A stretch of DNA of 64,000 nt, from NCBI GenBank assembly GCA_012295275.1, contig CM022676.1, positions 18,104,001 to 18,168,000 on the forward strand. The letters run 5' to 3'. Both the position numbers and the translations under genes were made by a program. Positions within the stretch are counted from its first letter, which is position 1; the number at the start of each line of letters is the position of its first letter. Below the pieces are notes generated by a model. That model ran no database searches and was not told the DNA's origin. It worked only from the letters and a program-made list of their open reading frames with translations. Positions 13,064 to 38,827 of the stretch are shown here, piece after piece. The DNA is from Chrysomallon squamiferum (taxonomy: Eukaryota > Animalia > Mollusca).

Positions 13064-14533
13064 AACACACACATACAAACATACATACATACACACAAAA
13101 TTATCTTTTTCAGAAACAACAGACAATTTTTCAAGTACGTCACTTCATAGATAATGACGTCACTTTGAAGGTAAACAGGCTACCGCGCGCTCAAGATGAA
13201 ATGTCCTCAGTTTTTAATTCTTAATAAACAATGACGTAAGGCTTCTTGTAATCACTATGCGCAGCTCAATGAACAAGATTGTTATCAATGTATTAGTATC
13301 TAAGTGAATTAACTCACTCAGAATTCTGCTCAAATACGTGCGGTGCACATTTTGTTTTCTTTTATTGAATTCATCGTAATGGCAGAGCGGCCTAAAATAA
13401 ATCGGCAATGTATCAAACTTTCTAAAGTTAAGCTATTGTCACAGACATCACATTAAAGATCTACTCCTATAATTCGTTGTTCTCTTTCTAATGTAACAGG
13501 GTTATTAACAAAATACTGTATAGAGACTGTGCTCATGTAATTATGTCACTTCTCATGAAAATCTCAATTACTTTAATTTGTATACAAGTTTAGAAGAACT
13601 GTGTTTATTGTCAACTCTAATCTCAACAGTAAAACAAAGAATTTGACTCAAATAACGGCAGTCCGCTGACTGACCGTAGAATTATTTTCACGAGATCATT
13701 TGACAAAATGGAGCCACAAATTAACTATACGTTCAACTTCCAAGTGATCTATTTCAAATAACAAGTAAGTAAATAAATAAATAAATAAATAAGTAAAGAA
13801 GGCGATTTACACATTGCCGTGGGTTAATAGTAAATATACTTATATAATAATATTAACAAAGTTAAGCTATTTCGTTTATTTTGCTTTAGTTTTTTAATCA
13901 AAGTTAAGTATTAATTTATTCTAATGTAATGTAAACAAAGTAAAGATGACCTATGTGTATTCATTGCTGTGTAGCTGTATTTCTCGCTGTTATTAGAATT
14001 AACTCAAGTGTCAGTGTAACTACTCGTGTGTGCTTCATAATACATTAAGCGAACAGAGTTATCTCTCTTTGTACTCGCACACAACTGAGACTAGGATCAA
14101 ACTGTTAAAGGATAACGTCATAACTATTGCAGGACAAACAGGTAAAAAAAGAACATTTTGTTTATCTAGAGAGATATTATTTGTGTAATCAAACTGACTG
14201 AATGTTATTATTATTATTTATTTTATTTTATTTTATTTTATTTTTTTTGGAAGGAAGATGAACTAATAACAGAGAAAGTCAAACACGAAATTAAACAATA
14301 AAAAAAATAAATCATAGTGTTTTTATTTTACGCTATATTATAAACGAAGTCAAAAAGAGACACCTAGAATGTTTTCATTAATAATGTGCACTTAGATGAA
14401 ATAATAACCATATGAATAATTAATAAATGAATGTGTGAATAAAGAACAGCCAAAATGAATATGAAGAAATTAATACATATTTAAGTAAATTTTGAATAAA
14501 TAAACTAAATATATTCTCTCTCGTACACAACGA

Positions 14534-14567
<34 letters not shown>

Positions 14568-14720
14568 CTATCTATGTATATTTCTCTCTCTATCTATATA
14601 TCTATCTCTATCTGACTGTTCACTAATGAGAAATGCCTGTCTGACCTGTCATGAACATGGAAAACAATAAAATAAAGCACTTAACAGTCAAGTGCCTCTC
14701 TGTGGTTCAGTGAAACAGAA

Positions 14721-14824
<104 letters not shown>

Positions 14825-15677
14825 GTAGTCGTTGTAGCAAATAATGGACCCTCCCTACATATCAGTACTTAATAAGATAATTAGTTTCAAAAATATACTG
14901 AAGTGAAAAAAAAAAAAATAATAATTATAATTATAATAATAAATTAATTCATTAATTCATGACAAAATGAAAACAAATAAACAAACAAGTAAATAAGTAA
15001 AAAGTGTGTAAATAAATAAATAAATAATTGTCTCTGTGATAAAAGTACATGAATTATTATTTATTAGTGAATGGTGTAGACAAGTTTGATTTCCAGTTCA
15101 ATATGGCTACAAAACTTATGAATTGAAAACCATTTTTTTTACTGTCTTTGAGAAGGTATCTCTAAAATAGTGTTTACTTCTAAACTGTAGTGAGAATAGT
15201 TTTCTCCTGTCTATAAAATAGCTGTGGGTTTCAAGATTGATATTTGTCATAATACAAGTGTTGAGAAATGTTTTACAATATCAAAGTGATTCATGTCGAA
15301 TATTAGAATTTATTGCACACGCAGACACAACGTGTCGTGGGAGAGAGACCTTTTTAATTTAGATCAAAAACAGAATACAACGACGACAACCTTTATTTTA
15401 TGTGTAATGAGTGAGGAAAACGCAGTATTATGTAAATAATTGATTCATGTTAAGAATAGAAGCTGCGGCGCGTATTCAGAGAGAGAGTTAAAACTTGTAT
15501 TTTTACACTGCTCAGTTTGTCTGTTCATTCTACCTGACTGAACGACAGGTCAGTGGAGACAGTCGTATTTTTAAGTTGTACAAGAACAGTTGTGTTTAAC
15601 AGAGACGAGTATTTCAGTGGGTGTGCGACTGCTTATATAATAGCACACAAGATAATTTAAAATAATAACAACAACAC

Positions 15678-15727
<50 letters not shown>

Positions 15728-15898
15728 TTTCAAAACTGTAAAATTAATATAAGGTCTGAGAAGGCTTCTGTATGTCATGGTGTTACCATTTTGCTAAGGC
15801 AAGAATAAATTAGCATATATTAACATAAATTTAACTCAGGTAGGATTCCACCAGGTGTCATGGGAAGGAACAGTTAATCATGTGAAGAAGTCAAATGT

Positions 15899-18338
<2,440 letters not shown>

Positions 18339-18357
18339 CTGAAGAAAAGCAATAACT

Positions 18358-18557
18358 NNNNNNNNNNNNNNNNNNNNNNNNNNNNNNNNNNNNNNNNNNN
18401 NNNNNNNNNNNNNNNNNNNNNNNNNNNNNNNNNNNNNNNNNNNNNNNNNNNNNNNNNNNNNNNNNNNNNNNNNNNNNNNNNNNNNNNNNNNNNNNNNNNN
18501 NNNNNNNNNNNNNNNNNNNNNNNNNNNNNNNNNNNNNNNNNNNNNNNNNNNNNNNNN
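18358..18557. other. Assembly gap (200 N)
   Basis: N run. Confidence 1.
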
Positions 18558-18605
18558 CGCCTGCTAAAGGCGGCTACGACTTGGCTGATTATTCCGATTT
18601 CTGGC

Positions 18606-18735
<130 letters not shown>

Positions 18736-19306
18736 TTCTCTGTCTCTCTCTCTCTCTTTCTCTCTCTCTCTTATGATCAAGCAGCACTATCACTTCCCTC
18801 TACAAGAATCTAAAATTATTGCACAATGGGAAAAATCATGAAGATTGTTGAATATTACTATTTTTAAGAAAGGTTTATATTCATATCTATATGACTTATA
18901 CGACAACAGAAAAGAATCAAAATGTCTAATAATAATATGTCATTTTTATAAGTAATTTTCTAACAATACAGTGACTTGATGACAGTACAGACCTGATATT
19001 GATATCAAATGGTTTTCTCTCCAAGAACCTGCTGACAGCGTGACTGACACAGATAAAACACTTCTTAAAATAAATCTTTAATCTTAGTTAGTACTCAAGA
19101 TAACACTAGTTACACAGCAATAATTTGGTTTAATGTAATTTAAACTATTTCAAATAAGATTCAGGTAATAATAATATTAACATTTTGTGATCAAAGTTTT
19201 CATTGTTTAATATCGTAACTTTCCTGTGTTTCATCTATTTAAATGTGTTTGCATATGAATAACTAGATTCAGTACTGAAAGACTGAACACTTCTACAAGT
19301 TTATTA

Positions 19307-19545
19307 CCCTGAGATAAAGATTACTTTAGTGCAAAGTCAACTAAAACAGAGTGAGAGAAATGTAATCTATTTTGTCAACACTAAAGTTTACTTAGTTGTC
19401 TTAAATGTATTACGCTGAGATAAAGATTACTTTAGTACAAAGTCAACTAAAACAGAGTGAGAGAAATGTAATCTGTTTTGTCAACACTAAAGTTTACATA
19501 GTTGTCTTAAATTCATTACCTAGAGATAAAGATTACTTTAGTATA
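19307..19545 (+). repeat. ~106-bp tandem repeat, about 2.3 copies, with a diverged copy at ~20325-20440
   Basis: GAGATAAAGATTACTTTAGT at 19311, 19417 and ~19523. Confidence 0.9.
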
Positions 19546-19559
19546 CATTCAGCTTAATA

Positions 19560-19665
<106 letters not shown>

Positions 19666-20446
19666 CTTTTAATAAATAACACATTTACACGCAAGCATAG
19701 AAACGATAAATAGGTACAAAAAATGATCAAGAATTAAATTTAAAAAAAATAATAATAAATAAATAAATAAATATATTAATAAACAGCAAGCAAATATATA
19801 TATATAAACAGGTATAAATAGTAAGGGTCGCCCTACAAGGTAAATTAGTAATATTACTTTTATTATATTTCTAAATAAAAAGTAAAGCAACGCGAAAAAT
19901 AACAAAAGTACTGAATCACTGATCTATTAAGAAAAAATGTCTTCTAATTAAACTGAAGACACGTTATCAGTTTAAATGTAAAAACAGTAAAAATGTAAAA
20001 ACAAATTAAGAAAAAGAAGACTAATAATAGTAAATAAAAAAAACCAAAAACATGTTCAGTTGCGAAAATTTGCTCCAACCTTAAAATAACCCCAATATTT
20101 TAAGTAGGTTAGATGAATAAAAAGGAAAATCTACCGTAATAACCTTAATAATAACTTGTCTTTAATTATATATATATATATATACATGAAATTAGTAAAG
20201 TGATTTGTTTAATTTAATAAAATTTGGTTGCATTTGAATTAACTGTATTATATATCGTAAATTCGATTATTTCTACGACAGAGATTGAAATATTTGGTAT
20301 CTGTGTTCAGTTTTCTTGTTATTAAAACACGAGTGAGCGAAACGAGACATACTAATCTGTTTTGTCAATATTAAAGTTCACTGCGTTGTCTCGCCTTTCT
20401 TACCTGGCGTTAAACAAATTTACTTTAGTACAAAGTCAACATTATC

Positions 20447-20618
<172 letters not shown>

Positions 20619-22089
20619 ATACAACACACATAACTGAATGCTCGGTACAATCAGACAAACCGAATCATTAACATCCAATATGGCGTCCGATGTGTTTCTA
20701 TTACCTACTGCCTTCTTTGTGAATTGAAGGTATATAAATATATTAAATTAAGTGCTGACCAACAAACAATTTTATAAATTTGTGAGTTTTGCTGTATTTA
20801 ACTGTTAAATCTCAGTAGTGTAACTTTTTGAAACCTTCGACTTCTCTGAAACCGCCATTTCTACGCCTTCAATTATTACCTGCAACACCAAAGCGGGCTC
20901 CAAGCTTTAGCCGGAGTTTGTGTATTCCAGAAGATCATGGTAAAAGACCAACACACATAGATAGATTCTCATCACTGCTTCTTTTCAACGTTTTACCAAT
21001 AAATATTTAAAATACTTGTGACTGAAAAACAAGATACATGTATAAAGAAAATTATGCTTTGATATTCAGAATTGTTAGCCACATCTCTTGGTTTTTTCAT
21101 TTAATTTAATTTTTTTTTTTTTTTTTTAAAGTAACATGCTATGACGCTTTAACCATCTTAAAATGGAATAATATTACTGCAATTACTTTGAAAAATGCGT
21201 CTAAAGTTGAAACATAAAATGTCTGAAATAAAATGAAAAAAAAAAAAAAAAAAGAATAATAAAATAAACAACAACATAAAAAAAATACAAATAAATAAAT
21301 AAATAAAATAATAATAATAATAACAACAACAACAATAACAACAATAAAAATAATAAATAAATAAATATTTAGTTCAATGAAGGCACAAATGAGAGAGCCG
21401 CTGCTGTTTGAACTGTGGAAAGAGAAAACTGTACGAAAACTTTAATCTCAAAGTTTTATGACTTAAGTTGTCTAAGAAACCAAGTTAGTCTACGATACAC
21501 AGTCTGCGTTTGTCCGAATCTGAGTCCTATGGGCGGAGCCACTGATGATAGTGCCATCTGAAAACAGACTCAGTTTGTACAAGCGCTGTACCAGTCTCAG
21601 TGGTGTCTGAGTACGTCTGTTGTTAACAGATTTGTTGTATTGCCAGAGTATTTCAGAGTTACCGCACAGTGCCTGCACATGACTCTTGAGTTTTCTTGAG
21701 TTTTTCTCCCTTCTTCGACATAATAACTGAAACCCGAAATATCGCAGAAATGGCGCATCAGCAGCATCGCACAAATCGCGGTATAACGTTCTTCCTGGCC
21801 ACCATATATATATATATATACTTTGTTTGCCTGAATAATGAAAATATTAATTTTTCTGAAAAGTATATTTCATTAAATAAATAAATAAACAAATAAAAAT
21901 AAATGTTCCCGTTTCCTCCATGTCTTCGTGATGATGGTGTACAGGTTACGTGACGATAACAACCTCGAGGACTGTTAACAGTAAACTGAAATGTTCTGGA
22001 ATTACAGCTGCGAAACATAGATGTTACGTTTTCACTGTACGTTTGTAAATATCTCCATTAACTTCATGCCAAATTTATTAAAACATGGA

Positions 22090-22190
22090 TGCATCGTATT
22101 GTATCGGGACACATCTTTCCCGAATCGATGTATCGTATCGAAGCCTTTGTATCACAATACGATTCTGTATTGTAGTAATCGTTACAGTTT
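22090..22190. mobile_element. Possible DNA-transposon (hAT-type MITE) end remnant; copy at ~30292-30392
   Basis: Clustered GTATCG/ATACG subterminal-like motifs ending AATCGTTACA. Family assignment is inferred only. Confidence 0.3.
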
Positions 22191-23703
22191 GGTGTATACA
22201 TATCTTTCTGTGTCTGTGTGTGTGTGTGCGAGCGCGTGTTAGCGTGCTTTGAATCAGATGGTCAAACAGGCAGTGAAGTATCTAATAATACATTAATTAT
22301 TATTATTCATACGCCATTGTTTCTTCGTTTATCATCCGTTTTTAACATTTTGTTTGTGAAATAGGATCTAGCGATTTATCCAGAACAAGTTTATGCTGTA
22401 GTTGTTGCTGTTGTTGTTGTTGTTGTTTTTCCATTGTAAATTGTGGTTACGACTGTAAGCCGGTGCCCTAAGCATCTTATTTTCTAAGCAGTCGATTTTA
22501 TTTTATTTTATTAGACTTATTTATTCTATTTTTTAATTCTGTCTGTCGTTGTTTTGTTCTTTCGTTCTTTTATTCTAATTATATTTGCTTTGTTTTCATT
22601 CTATCGCTTCTCTGTCCCATTTTTTATTCTATGTCTTGGTTTACATTTTCTTTTGCATGTTTACTCGTTTAATCCTTGCATTCTTTTTCAATCGCATCAT
22701 CACCGTTTTCAGGGCATTAAAAACGAGAGAAAAAACAATAAAATAAAATAAAATGAAATATATTGAAATAAACATAAATATAATTAATATTTTTGCTTTA
22801 CTAAATAAATGGCAAGATATAAAACATATATTTTTATTAAATTAATAATACATTTTTTTTTTCAGTGTTTAATCAAGGCAATTTCAGAATTATTGAAAAA
22901 GGCTTGTTTAATCTCAACTTAAGATGGTGCTAGATTATAGACTCATTGTGAAATGGGCAAAATGCGATATCTGTCCTCTCTGGTCACACTTTTCATATTG
23001 TTCTAAAGTCAGAGTGTTGAGTCTTGGTAGTATTTCTAAATACCCACACTGTCTTGCATAAGAATAATTATTACTACCGAGTGCTTCCATTGCAAACAAA
23101 TACGTTACTACAATTAGAAAACGAAATAGTTTAAGTTGACTTTTCTTCGTTCTTCTGTTGAAGTTAATTAGCTAGATATTACCACGAATGTGTGTACAAA
23201 AAGAACAATTTGTTTACCCGTACGGTCCACCGTATTGTAAAGTTTGCGATTTACCGCGACATCGTGATAACCTCCCTTGAATGGAAGCCAGTGCAATGTT
23301 GAACTTTCATCAACTGTTTTATTGTTTTAACTGCATTTATTTGTTAACACAATGACTTGGACATGATTCAAAAATTGGAAACCGAAGTATGTTTGCCTTC
23401 ATACATGCAAGTATATTTCATTATTTCTTCCAAATAGTGAAGTACCGCGATATCGTGGGACCGCGGTATGCAGATAATCTTCAGGATTCTAAAGTAAAAA
23501 AGAAAGAAAGAAAAGACATTCTGGATTAATATTAGGGACTTTGTTAAAGAATAATATTTGATTGCAAATAAGAAAACTTAAGATGTAAAATGAATTGTAA
23601 TATATTATAACTAGATAAACAAGACACATTAAAACTGTCGATAAATGTTTTGTAGATGTCATAATGAAGCTGTATTAAATTTCTATTATTATTATTATTA
23701 TTA

Positions 23704-23734
<31 letters not shown>

Positions 23735-23738
23735 GTTA

Positions 23739-23796
<58 letters not shown>

Positions 23797-25928
23797 TTAT
23801 TTTCCTGTCAATATACTGATAAGAATGAAAAACAAAAAATCCTAATAATGTACTGTATTGGAATTGACATCAGTTTATTATCTGTATTTTAATTTATTAT
23901 ATTATTTATATTTTGAAGGTCAGTGACAATATAGTTGAGGGTCAAGTATAACAGTGGACATGAGGCAGGCTCTGTCATGTTCCTCACTGCACACAGCTCT
24001 AGAACACACAAGGAAATAACAAAACATAGTATGTTGTGTACAAACATTTTGTTTAATATTAACTTTTCTGTTTTACTTTTTTTGTATGCTGTATTAGATT
24101 AATTATATCTTTGACACCAATAAAAAAACTGCAATTTCAAACGTTTGGTGTGTAGAGAACATTCTGCACAGACAACATGTAGACAATGTGAGAATTCTGT
24201 CAGGTGAACTCACATGATCAACATCATGGACAACATGGACTCCAGTCATCTGTAAATACAACACAAAAATATACGAGTTTATTCAAATTTATAACATACA
24301 TATACCTGATTAATAGTTTGTTAAAATTTTAATTTGTTACTATTTAAAATGATTGCTGTTTAAATTACAACTAGGCTGAATAAATGAGAATTGAAACTAC
24401 CATTAATTTCAAAATATTTTGGAATAAGTTTTTTGAAGAAATAAACAGTTTTACAAATTGTTAAATTCTAAATGAAAATTAGTAATAGGTGTCATCAGTT
24501 TTTAAACATTTTTATTTTTGATTTTAAATATTCAGTTTATAAAGTTAAATTGTTATTTTAAATATAATTTTAAATTTTCTTTTACAAAAATAAAAAAAAT
24601 AAATAAATAAATATATAATTAGTAAAATAATAGGTGTGTTTCAACAGCTATTATATTGAACAGAAATATGATTTATTTTTGTTTTATTTTTTAGCTTCCT
24701 TTTCCTAAATAAATTCCTTCCTTATTTAATTTTATTTAATTTTATTTATTTTAAATTTTGTTTTGTTTTGATTTGTTTTGTTTTATTTTATTTTATTTCT
24801 AGTCAAAGTGGTTATCAAGTGTTTTATTTCACTGTGGTAAATCAGTGGAATAAAGTGAGAGAAAAACCGTAAACTATGAATTAAACTGCCAGCTGCGTTT
24901 TCAGTGTGATTATCATTTCTCACTAGTGAATGTGTAAGTCAGTGTGTGAAGTATGGAAAGTTACAAAATCAAATCACATTAGTGCTTCCATCAGACTGTT
25001 TCTGGCTCCAATATAAAAGAAATTGAAATATGTCTTCCTGTCCATGTGTGTACACGTAATTAAACATTTCAGACAGAAAATCCTTGAATCTAGAAAATAC
25101 AACTGATTTAGATAATTAAACCATGCAACACAACCTGTAGACATTTCTGTTTTCCAGGTCAAAATGATATTTTCAAAGTAATTCTAAGACATTATGTATT
25201 CATTATAATTGTATTTATGTTTGTAGAGAGGAAGGACTGTGGTGATATTTTCTCTAGATAAGATGAATATCAAACTGTCGTACATCAGCAGCAGAGATCA
25301 AGTAAGAATTTTTAAATGTTACAAACAAAATAAATACTAGAAAACATAAAGTCATGTTTAAGTCATTTTCTTTGCCACCAGAAGATAGTTCCAACACTAT
25401 GAAATCGACGCCTACAATCTCAATAAGTCTGGTAGCAATGTGATGTCCCAAAGGTAGTTTCAGTTTGAGTTGTGGCAGTTTAGCCAGTGCACACCTTTCA
25501 CACTATTTACACCACAATAAGAGATCAGTATTTCTAAATTATTAATAATATTAATTTTTATTTTATTTTACTTTTTGTTTTGACCAAAATATACAGAACA
25601 ACTGACATTTATTTATATTTCCATATTTTCTAAATAACAAATAATTTAATTAAATGTTTTTTTTGATACAATGTCAGGTACAATGTGTGGACACTGATAT
25701 TATAAAATACAGAATCATTAATTTAAAACTATTTTAAAAATGTAATCGTATAATGTTTAGAATGATTCATTAATAAGATAACATAGTTTAATAATGTAAA
25801 CAGTCTGAGATAAAAATAATGATTAGAATTACTATTATAATTTCATCTTTAAAGAATTAATCATAAAGAAATTATTTATTTTAGTTTTATTTGATTTTCA
25901 TAATTTAACCAATATAACTGTCTGTTAC

Positions 25929-26018
25929 CTTGCTGGTGAAGCTCACATTAGATTTTGACCTCAATAGGGCCTCCTGCACTTTCTGATCACTGATCTCTAG
26001 AACACCATAAATCAAATC
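25929..26018 (-). other. Orphan exon-like segment, 90 nt, phase 0-0 (DLIYGVLEISDQKVQEALLRSKSNVSFTSK); copy at 34134-34223
   Basis: Acceptor TTTTACTTTCAG| and donor AAG|GTAACA, with an open frame. Source gene not recognised. Confidence 0.4.
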
Positions 26019-26049
26019 CTGAAAGTAAAATTTGGAATAAAATAATAAC

Positions 26050-26110
<61 letters not shown>

Positions 26111-26757
26111 GTAACAATAACACTAAGAATAACAATAATAGTAATAAGGTGTTTGAGTGTGCATGTATATGTATATACATAAAATATTGTCAGTTATAAA
26201 AAATAATAACACCAACAATAAAGAAAGAACAATTGAAACAAATGAGATAAGTAAGTAGCTAAATAAGTAAATGCTTAGCAATGAATGAAATAAGTAAATA
26301 AGCGGAAAACTGAAATAAATAAGAAAGTAAATTATGTAAATATTTTTAAAAAGTATACACATTTTTAAATACCCACAATGCATCGGTTTTTGTTTCAGTT
26401 AGACAGCAGAGGCAGATTTCGTTTCTTAAATTAGCCATAAATTGAAAGTTACATTTTTAAAATTATTATATCTATCAATAATCAGTAATTACTTTAAGCA
26501 ATGTGGCAAAATATTCAAACATAAATCATGTAAAAACAAAGTCACTGCCGCAAAACATTGTATTCACAAACAAGTATTGATTATATATACTGAATGCTAC
26601 TAAATGTTAACATTTTTATTCTACATGTGTCAGTTTTAAATATCATTTAGTATTCACAATTACCTACCTCAAACAATGGAAATCAAATACAATATGAATA
26701 TTTATGATTAAGTAATGAATATGAATGTTATGTAAATGAGTACAGGGCAGGACTTAC

Positions 26758-27283
26758 AGGGTCTGGAGATTCACAAACTGCTGTTGTCTGCCTGGTCTGT
26801 TCACCTCTCACTCGATTCATCATCATCATCAACATCGGCTCCGATGTTTGCAGCCAGTAACTGTAATCATTCTGTGATGTTGTGCTGTACACATTGTTGA
26901 TGTTGTAGAACATAAAAACATGGTTGTAAATCTTCTCAAACAGCTGACAGCACAACCTGTAGTGGAATGTTTATTTTTGATTGTTAATTAGAAATTTCTT
27001 TCGGTGTTTTTGTAAACCTAAACCATCTTCTCATTCAATAAATGTGTATCCTGAGAAAACTAAAATTTTAATAACTGTTTGAAGTTGAAGAAAAGTACAT
27101 TTTAATTGTATTAATTTAGTTTATTTTATATCAGATCCGAAAAAGTCAATGCCTCTAGTTCAAACTTCAACATTAGAACATGAAACTACGACAGCTCAAT
27201 AGAAAAAACAAATATTTAGTTCAATCAACTACACAAATTCTGCCTATATGCTTTGGAGTTGCCCATGACACAAACAAGTAAGA
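26758..27283 (-). pseudogene. COL4A1: Type IV collagen (alpha1-like) NC1 pseudo-exons with retained intron, copy A
   Basis: 27283-27233 reads LVCVMGNSKAYRQNL. After the intron, 26956-26758 reads CAVSCLRRFTTM[frameshift]FMFYNINNVYSTTSQNDYSYWLQTSEPMLMMMMN...AVCESP, matching NC1 [41 protein letters not shown]...AVCEAP. Confidence 0.88.
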
Positions 27284-28624
27284 TACAGTGATAAAGATTA
27301 GAACTGTTCCAGTGTCACTTCTTGAGCCACAGAAATATTAAAAACTCATATTTAAATAATCAAGACCTTTTATTTTGAGCGCTTTGAATATAATATTCTT
27401 TATTTCGTTTTTGTATATTTTGTTTGTGTTTATTTGAAGATTACCATTAAAAAAATAAAATAAAATAAAACATAAAAAGGCATAACTGTTTAATATAGAT
27501 CTGGTTCTCCTGTTTAAAACTGAAACAAAATAGACATTTTGTTTAAAAGTAAAAAAAAATATATAAATCTTATTTAACATTTTTAAAGCACACTGCTATC
27601 TTTGGATATAAAACATGTTACAGTTTGGTAAAAGCTGGAAATTAATAGTATTAGTAATATAATTCACTGTATTTTATTTCATTTATTGTATTTTATTGTA
27701 TTTCATTTCATTAACAACAGCAAAGTATAATCTTAAAAAGCCAGTACCTGCTGAAAGTGTGAGCAACTGGATGTAAATGAAGATTTTATAACAAAGCTGG
27801 GATTCTTCCTCCAGTTTGTTCAGACTGTAGTCAACTGATGTTTCGCCGGAAATCTTCAGAGTCAGGGAGACTTATAGTGTCTCACACCAGAGAACAAAGT
27901 GAAATAACTAAAATATATGATATAATGAAATTTATAAAAGATTTATCTTTAACTTATCAAAGTTAATTATTTGTGTTTAAAAACATCACCCGAAAGATGT
28001 TAAATGTTTATCATTGACAATAACAATAATACAAAATTCAAATAGTAATGATGATGATAACAATAAAATAAATAAGTAAATAATACTAAGAACTAAACTA
28101 AAAACTAGCAGTCATTAATAACGGGTTTCCAAAATTTTATCTATTTATTTTTTATTATTTTTATCTGCTTTGAATATTTCAGAATAATTAATTGACGCAT
28201 AAATATATTTAATTTCTTACAAATGATATAAAGCTTTTGACCAGAGCAACATGCTTTCAGTTCTGAGTTTTTTCAGGCAAATCTCAGTTGTTTCTTTTCT
28301 GATAAAAACAACAATGACAAAAGAGAAAAATAAAATTATGTCTGCTCAATCTTTGAAGCTTAATTTTCAAACAACATTTACAATAATTATTATATAAATC
28401 ATATATTCATAAATTAAAAATAGTAATTAATTAGAAAAATTAAAAGTGATCTACCTCTGAATGATTTTCCAGTTTAAATAGAGGTGACATCACATCAAAT
28501 GAGATAAGTAAGTAGCTAAATAAGTAAATGCTTAGCAATGAATGAAATAAGTAAATAAGCAGATAACTAAATAAATAAGAAAGTAAATTATGTAAATATT
28601 TTTAAAAACCCACAATGCATCAGT

Positions 28625-36830
<8,206 letters not shown>

Positions 36831-37467
36831 TTTTGTTTTCGTTAGACAGCAGAGGCAGATTTCGTTTCTTAAATTAGCCATAAATGAAAGTTACATTTTT
36901 AAAATTAATATATCTATCAATAATCAGTAATTACTTTAAGCAATGTGACAAAATAGTCAAATATAAATCATGTAGAAACAAAATCACTGCCACAAAACAT
37001 TGTATTCACAAATATTGATTAAGTATACTGAATACTGCTGTTAACATTCTCGTTCTGCATGAGTCAGTTTAAATAGAGGTGACATCACATCAGCAGCAGC
37101 AAACAAAAATAAAAATGTTGAGGGAAGATTTCCACTTTCAGCAACAGTTTCTGAAATACTCAAGTACTGAAGATAGAAAAAAACGGATTTATATATCTAT
37201 AATATGAAAAATAATGTAGCTGAAATATTAATTATTTAATCTGAAAAATTTTAAACATGGACAAATCTCAGTTGAACAACTGAATAAGATAGTTATATAT
37301 AAAAACATGCTGAAATATTAAAATTATAAATTTAAAATTGTATGATCTAAGCATTATGAAGAAACATGTGACAGCTAATGCCACAAAATGTTAGAAATTA
37401 TCACAAGATGCAATTAGTGACATGTTCTGACTGAAATATTAAAAAAATATTAAAATATCAATTGGTA

Positions 37468-38206
37468 TTACAAAACACATTTCTTAATACGAGAGATAAT
37501 ATGCTGGGCTCCAAATATCCGGTCACCGAATTTCAGCGAAAGTTCCGTATAGGCGATTGGGATGTAAAAAACATTAGTCGCCCCATAAAATATATCTGGG
37601 TGACCTCTTATTTCCATAAGCTTTAACATAATTGCAGTTCTCTTGTCTGAGTTGAAAGGTGAAACATCTTCATCTGGACAAAGGAAATGTTTTGTAATTT
37701 TGAATCCTTCTGTCTCAGTGAGTATGTGAGTGGGTATCACATGTTTTTACAAAATACGTCTGATCAAGTAATGGATAACGCACGTGCTTCACGAACTCTC
37801 CCAGTGCTTCGCGCATGTTTTTTTTCACTCGTCTGTTTTCCTTGCTTCCTGCACGCGCTGTCAGCCCACTTCACAGCGGCTTCAAAAACATTTTTCTCGT
37901 CTGCTGTCAGTTCGTCTGATCGTATGATCTCAACCAGACATTGGTGACAAAGATCGGTGACTTCATCTGACTACAAAACTTCGTCGCCATTTTTCAAAAT
38001 ATAGTCAACAGTTTTTTTTCCTTAGATCAAGTTCATCAAACAGGTGACCTTGTTCAAGCACGACGCACGCATTCTGTGACGACAACGACAACTCGAAATA
38101 GTTTACGCATTTGGCTTCAAGTATTGTGATGAAGTACTTCCTCGATAGATACAGCAGACCGGTGACGTGGTCCCCTGTTAGTATGACGTCATCCGTATAA
38201 AGATAT
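37468..38206 (-). pseudogene. BTB(C-terminal part)-BACK pseudogene, paralog of 6330-7298
   Basis: Reads YLYTDDVILTGDHVTGLLYLSRKYFITILEAKCVNYF...NACVVLEQGH...KNGDEVL*SDEVTDLCH...VRYPLLDQTYFVK[frameshift]HVIPTHILTETE. TAG at 37973-37971, +1 frameshift near 37744-37748, and the acceptor reads TTTTACAC instead of TTTTACAG (38207). Confidence 0.9.
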
Positions 38207-38474
38207 GTGTAAAAGAAGAAGAGTAAGACTTTAAAAAGTGAGATAATTGTGTGAGATTAATTAATTAGAAAATAATTAGATTACTAACAAAAACGGTAAT
38301 TTTATCTAGGTTTCTGTCTGTATGTATGTCTGTCTTCCTCACTTTTTCATACGCGTGTTTCCATGTCTGTGTGTGTAAGTGTGTGCATGTGACGGTGTGT
38401 GTGTTTTCACATACTTTAAAAACACTGAGAAGATTTATGCCTTCGTATCCGGTATTTTGATATTTCTTTGAAAT

Positions 38475-38827
38475 GCGTAAAGTATCGTTCCTTTTCATCC
38501 GCCATTGTTGAAAGTTTCAATTACCTTTCTATTAATAGTCAAAGAGCAGAACATGAGAAATAAACCGCGCCAAATGAAAACAGTGTCGTCTGCTCATTCG
38601 AATTTGATCGTCTGCTGACAATGCTTGCAACTAACGTGTATTGGGCAGAGCTAATTCATTTGCTCTGTTTTCGTTCACAACCGGATGTGGGTATCTGCCC
38701 CTCCTATGATTAGTGCTGACCTGCTCCCGGGTTCGTTTTTGTTGATTTTTTCGATCATCAAAAGGAGGCAGTGGTTTGTAATAAAACGACAACATTAAAC
38801 AGCCATTAACAGTCGTTAAGCTAGCTT
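38475..38827 (+). repeat. Interspersed repeat, high identity to 63644-63997
   Basis: Direct match, e.g. CATGAGAAATAAACCGCGCCAAATGAAAA and CCGGATGTGGGTATCTGCCCCTCCTATGATTAGTGCTGACC. Confidence 0.9.

Noticed and set aside
13130-14145. CRE-like TGACGT motifs and isolated donor sites (~13764, ~14141) suggesting a gene
   Set aside because: No coherent exon chain or ORF could be built; a lncRNA cannot be supported from sequence alone.
25929-26018. Resemblance of the orphan exon to LTR-retrotransposon Gag (DQKVQExLLR)
   Set aside because: The match is too short and there is no LTR, protease or RT nearby.
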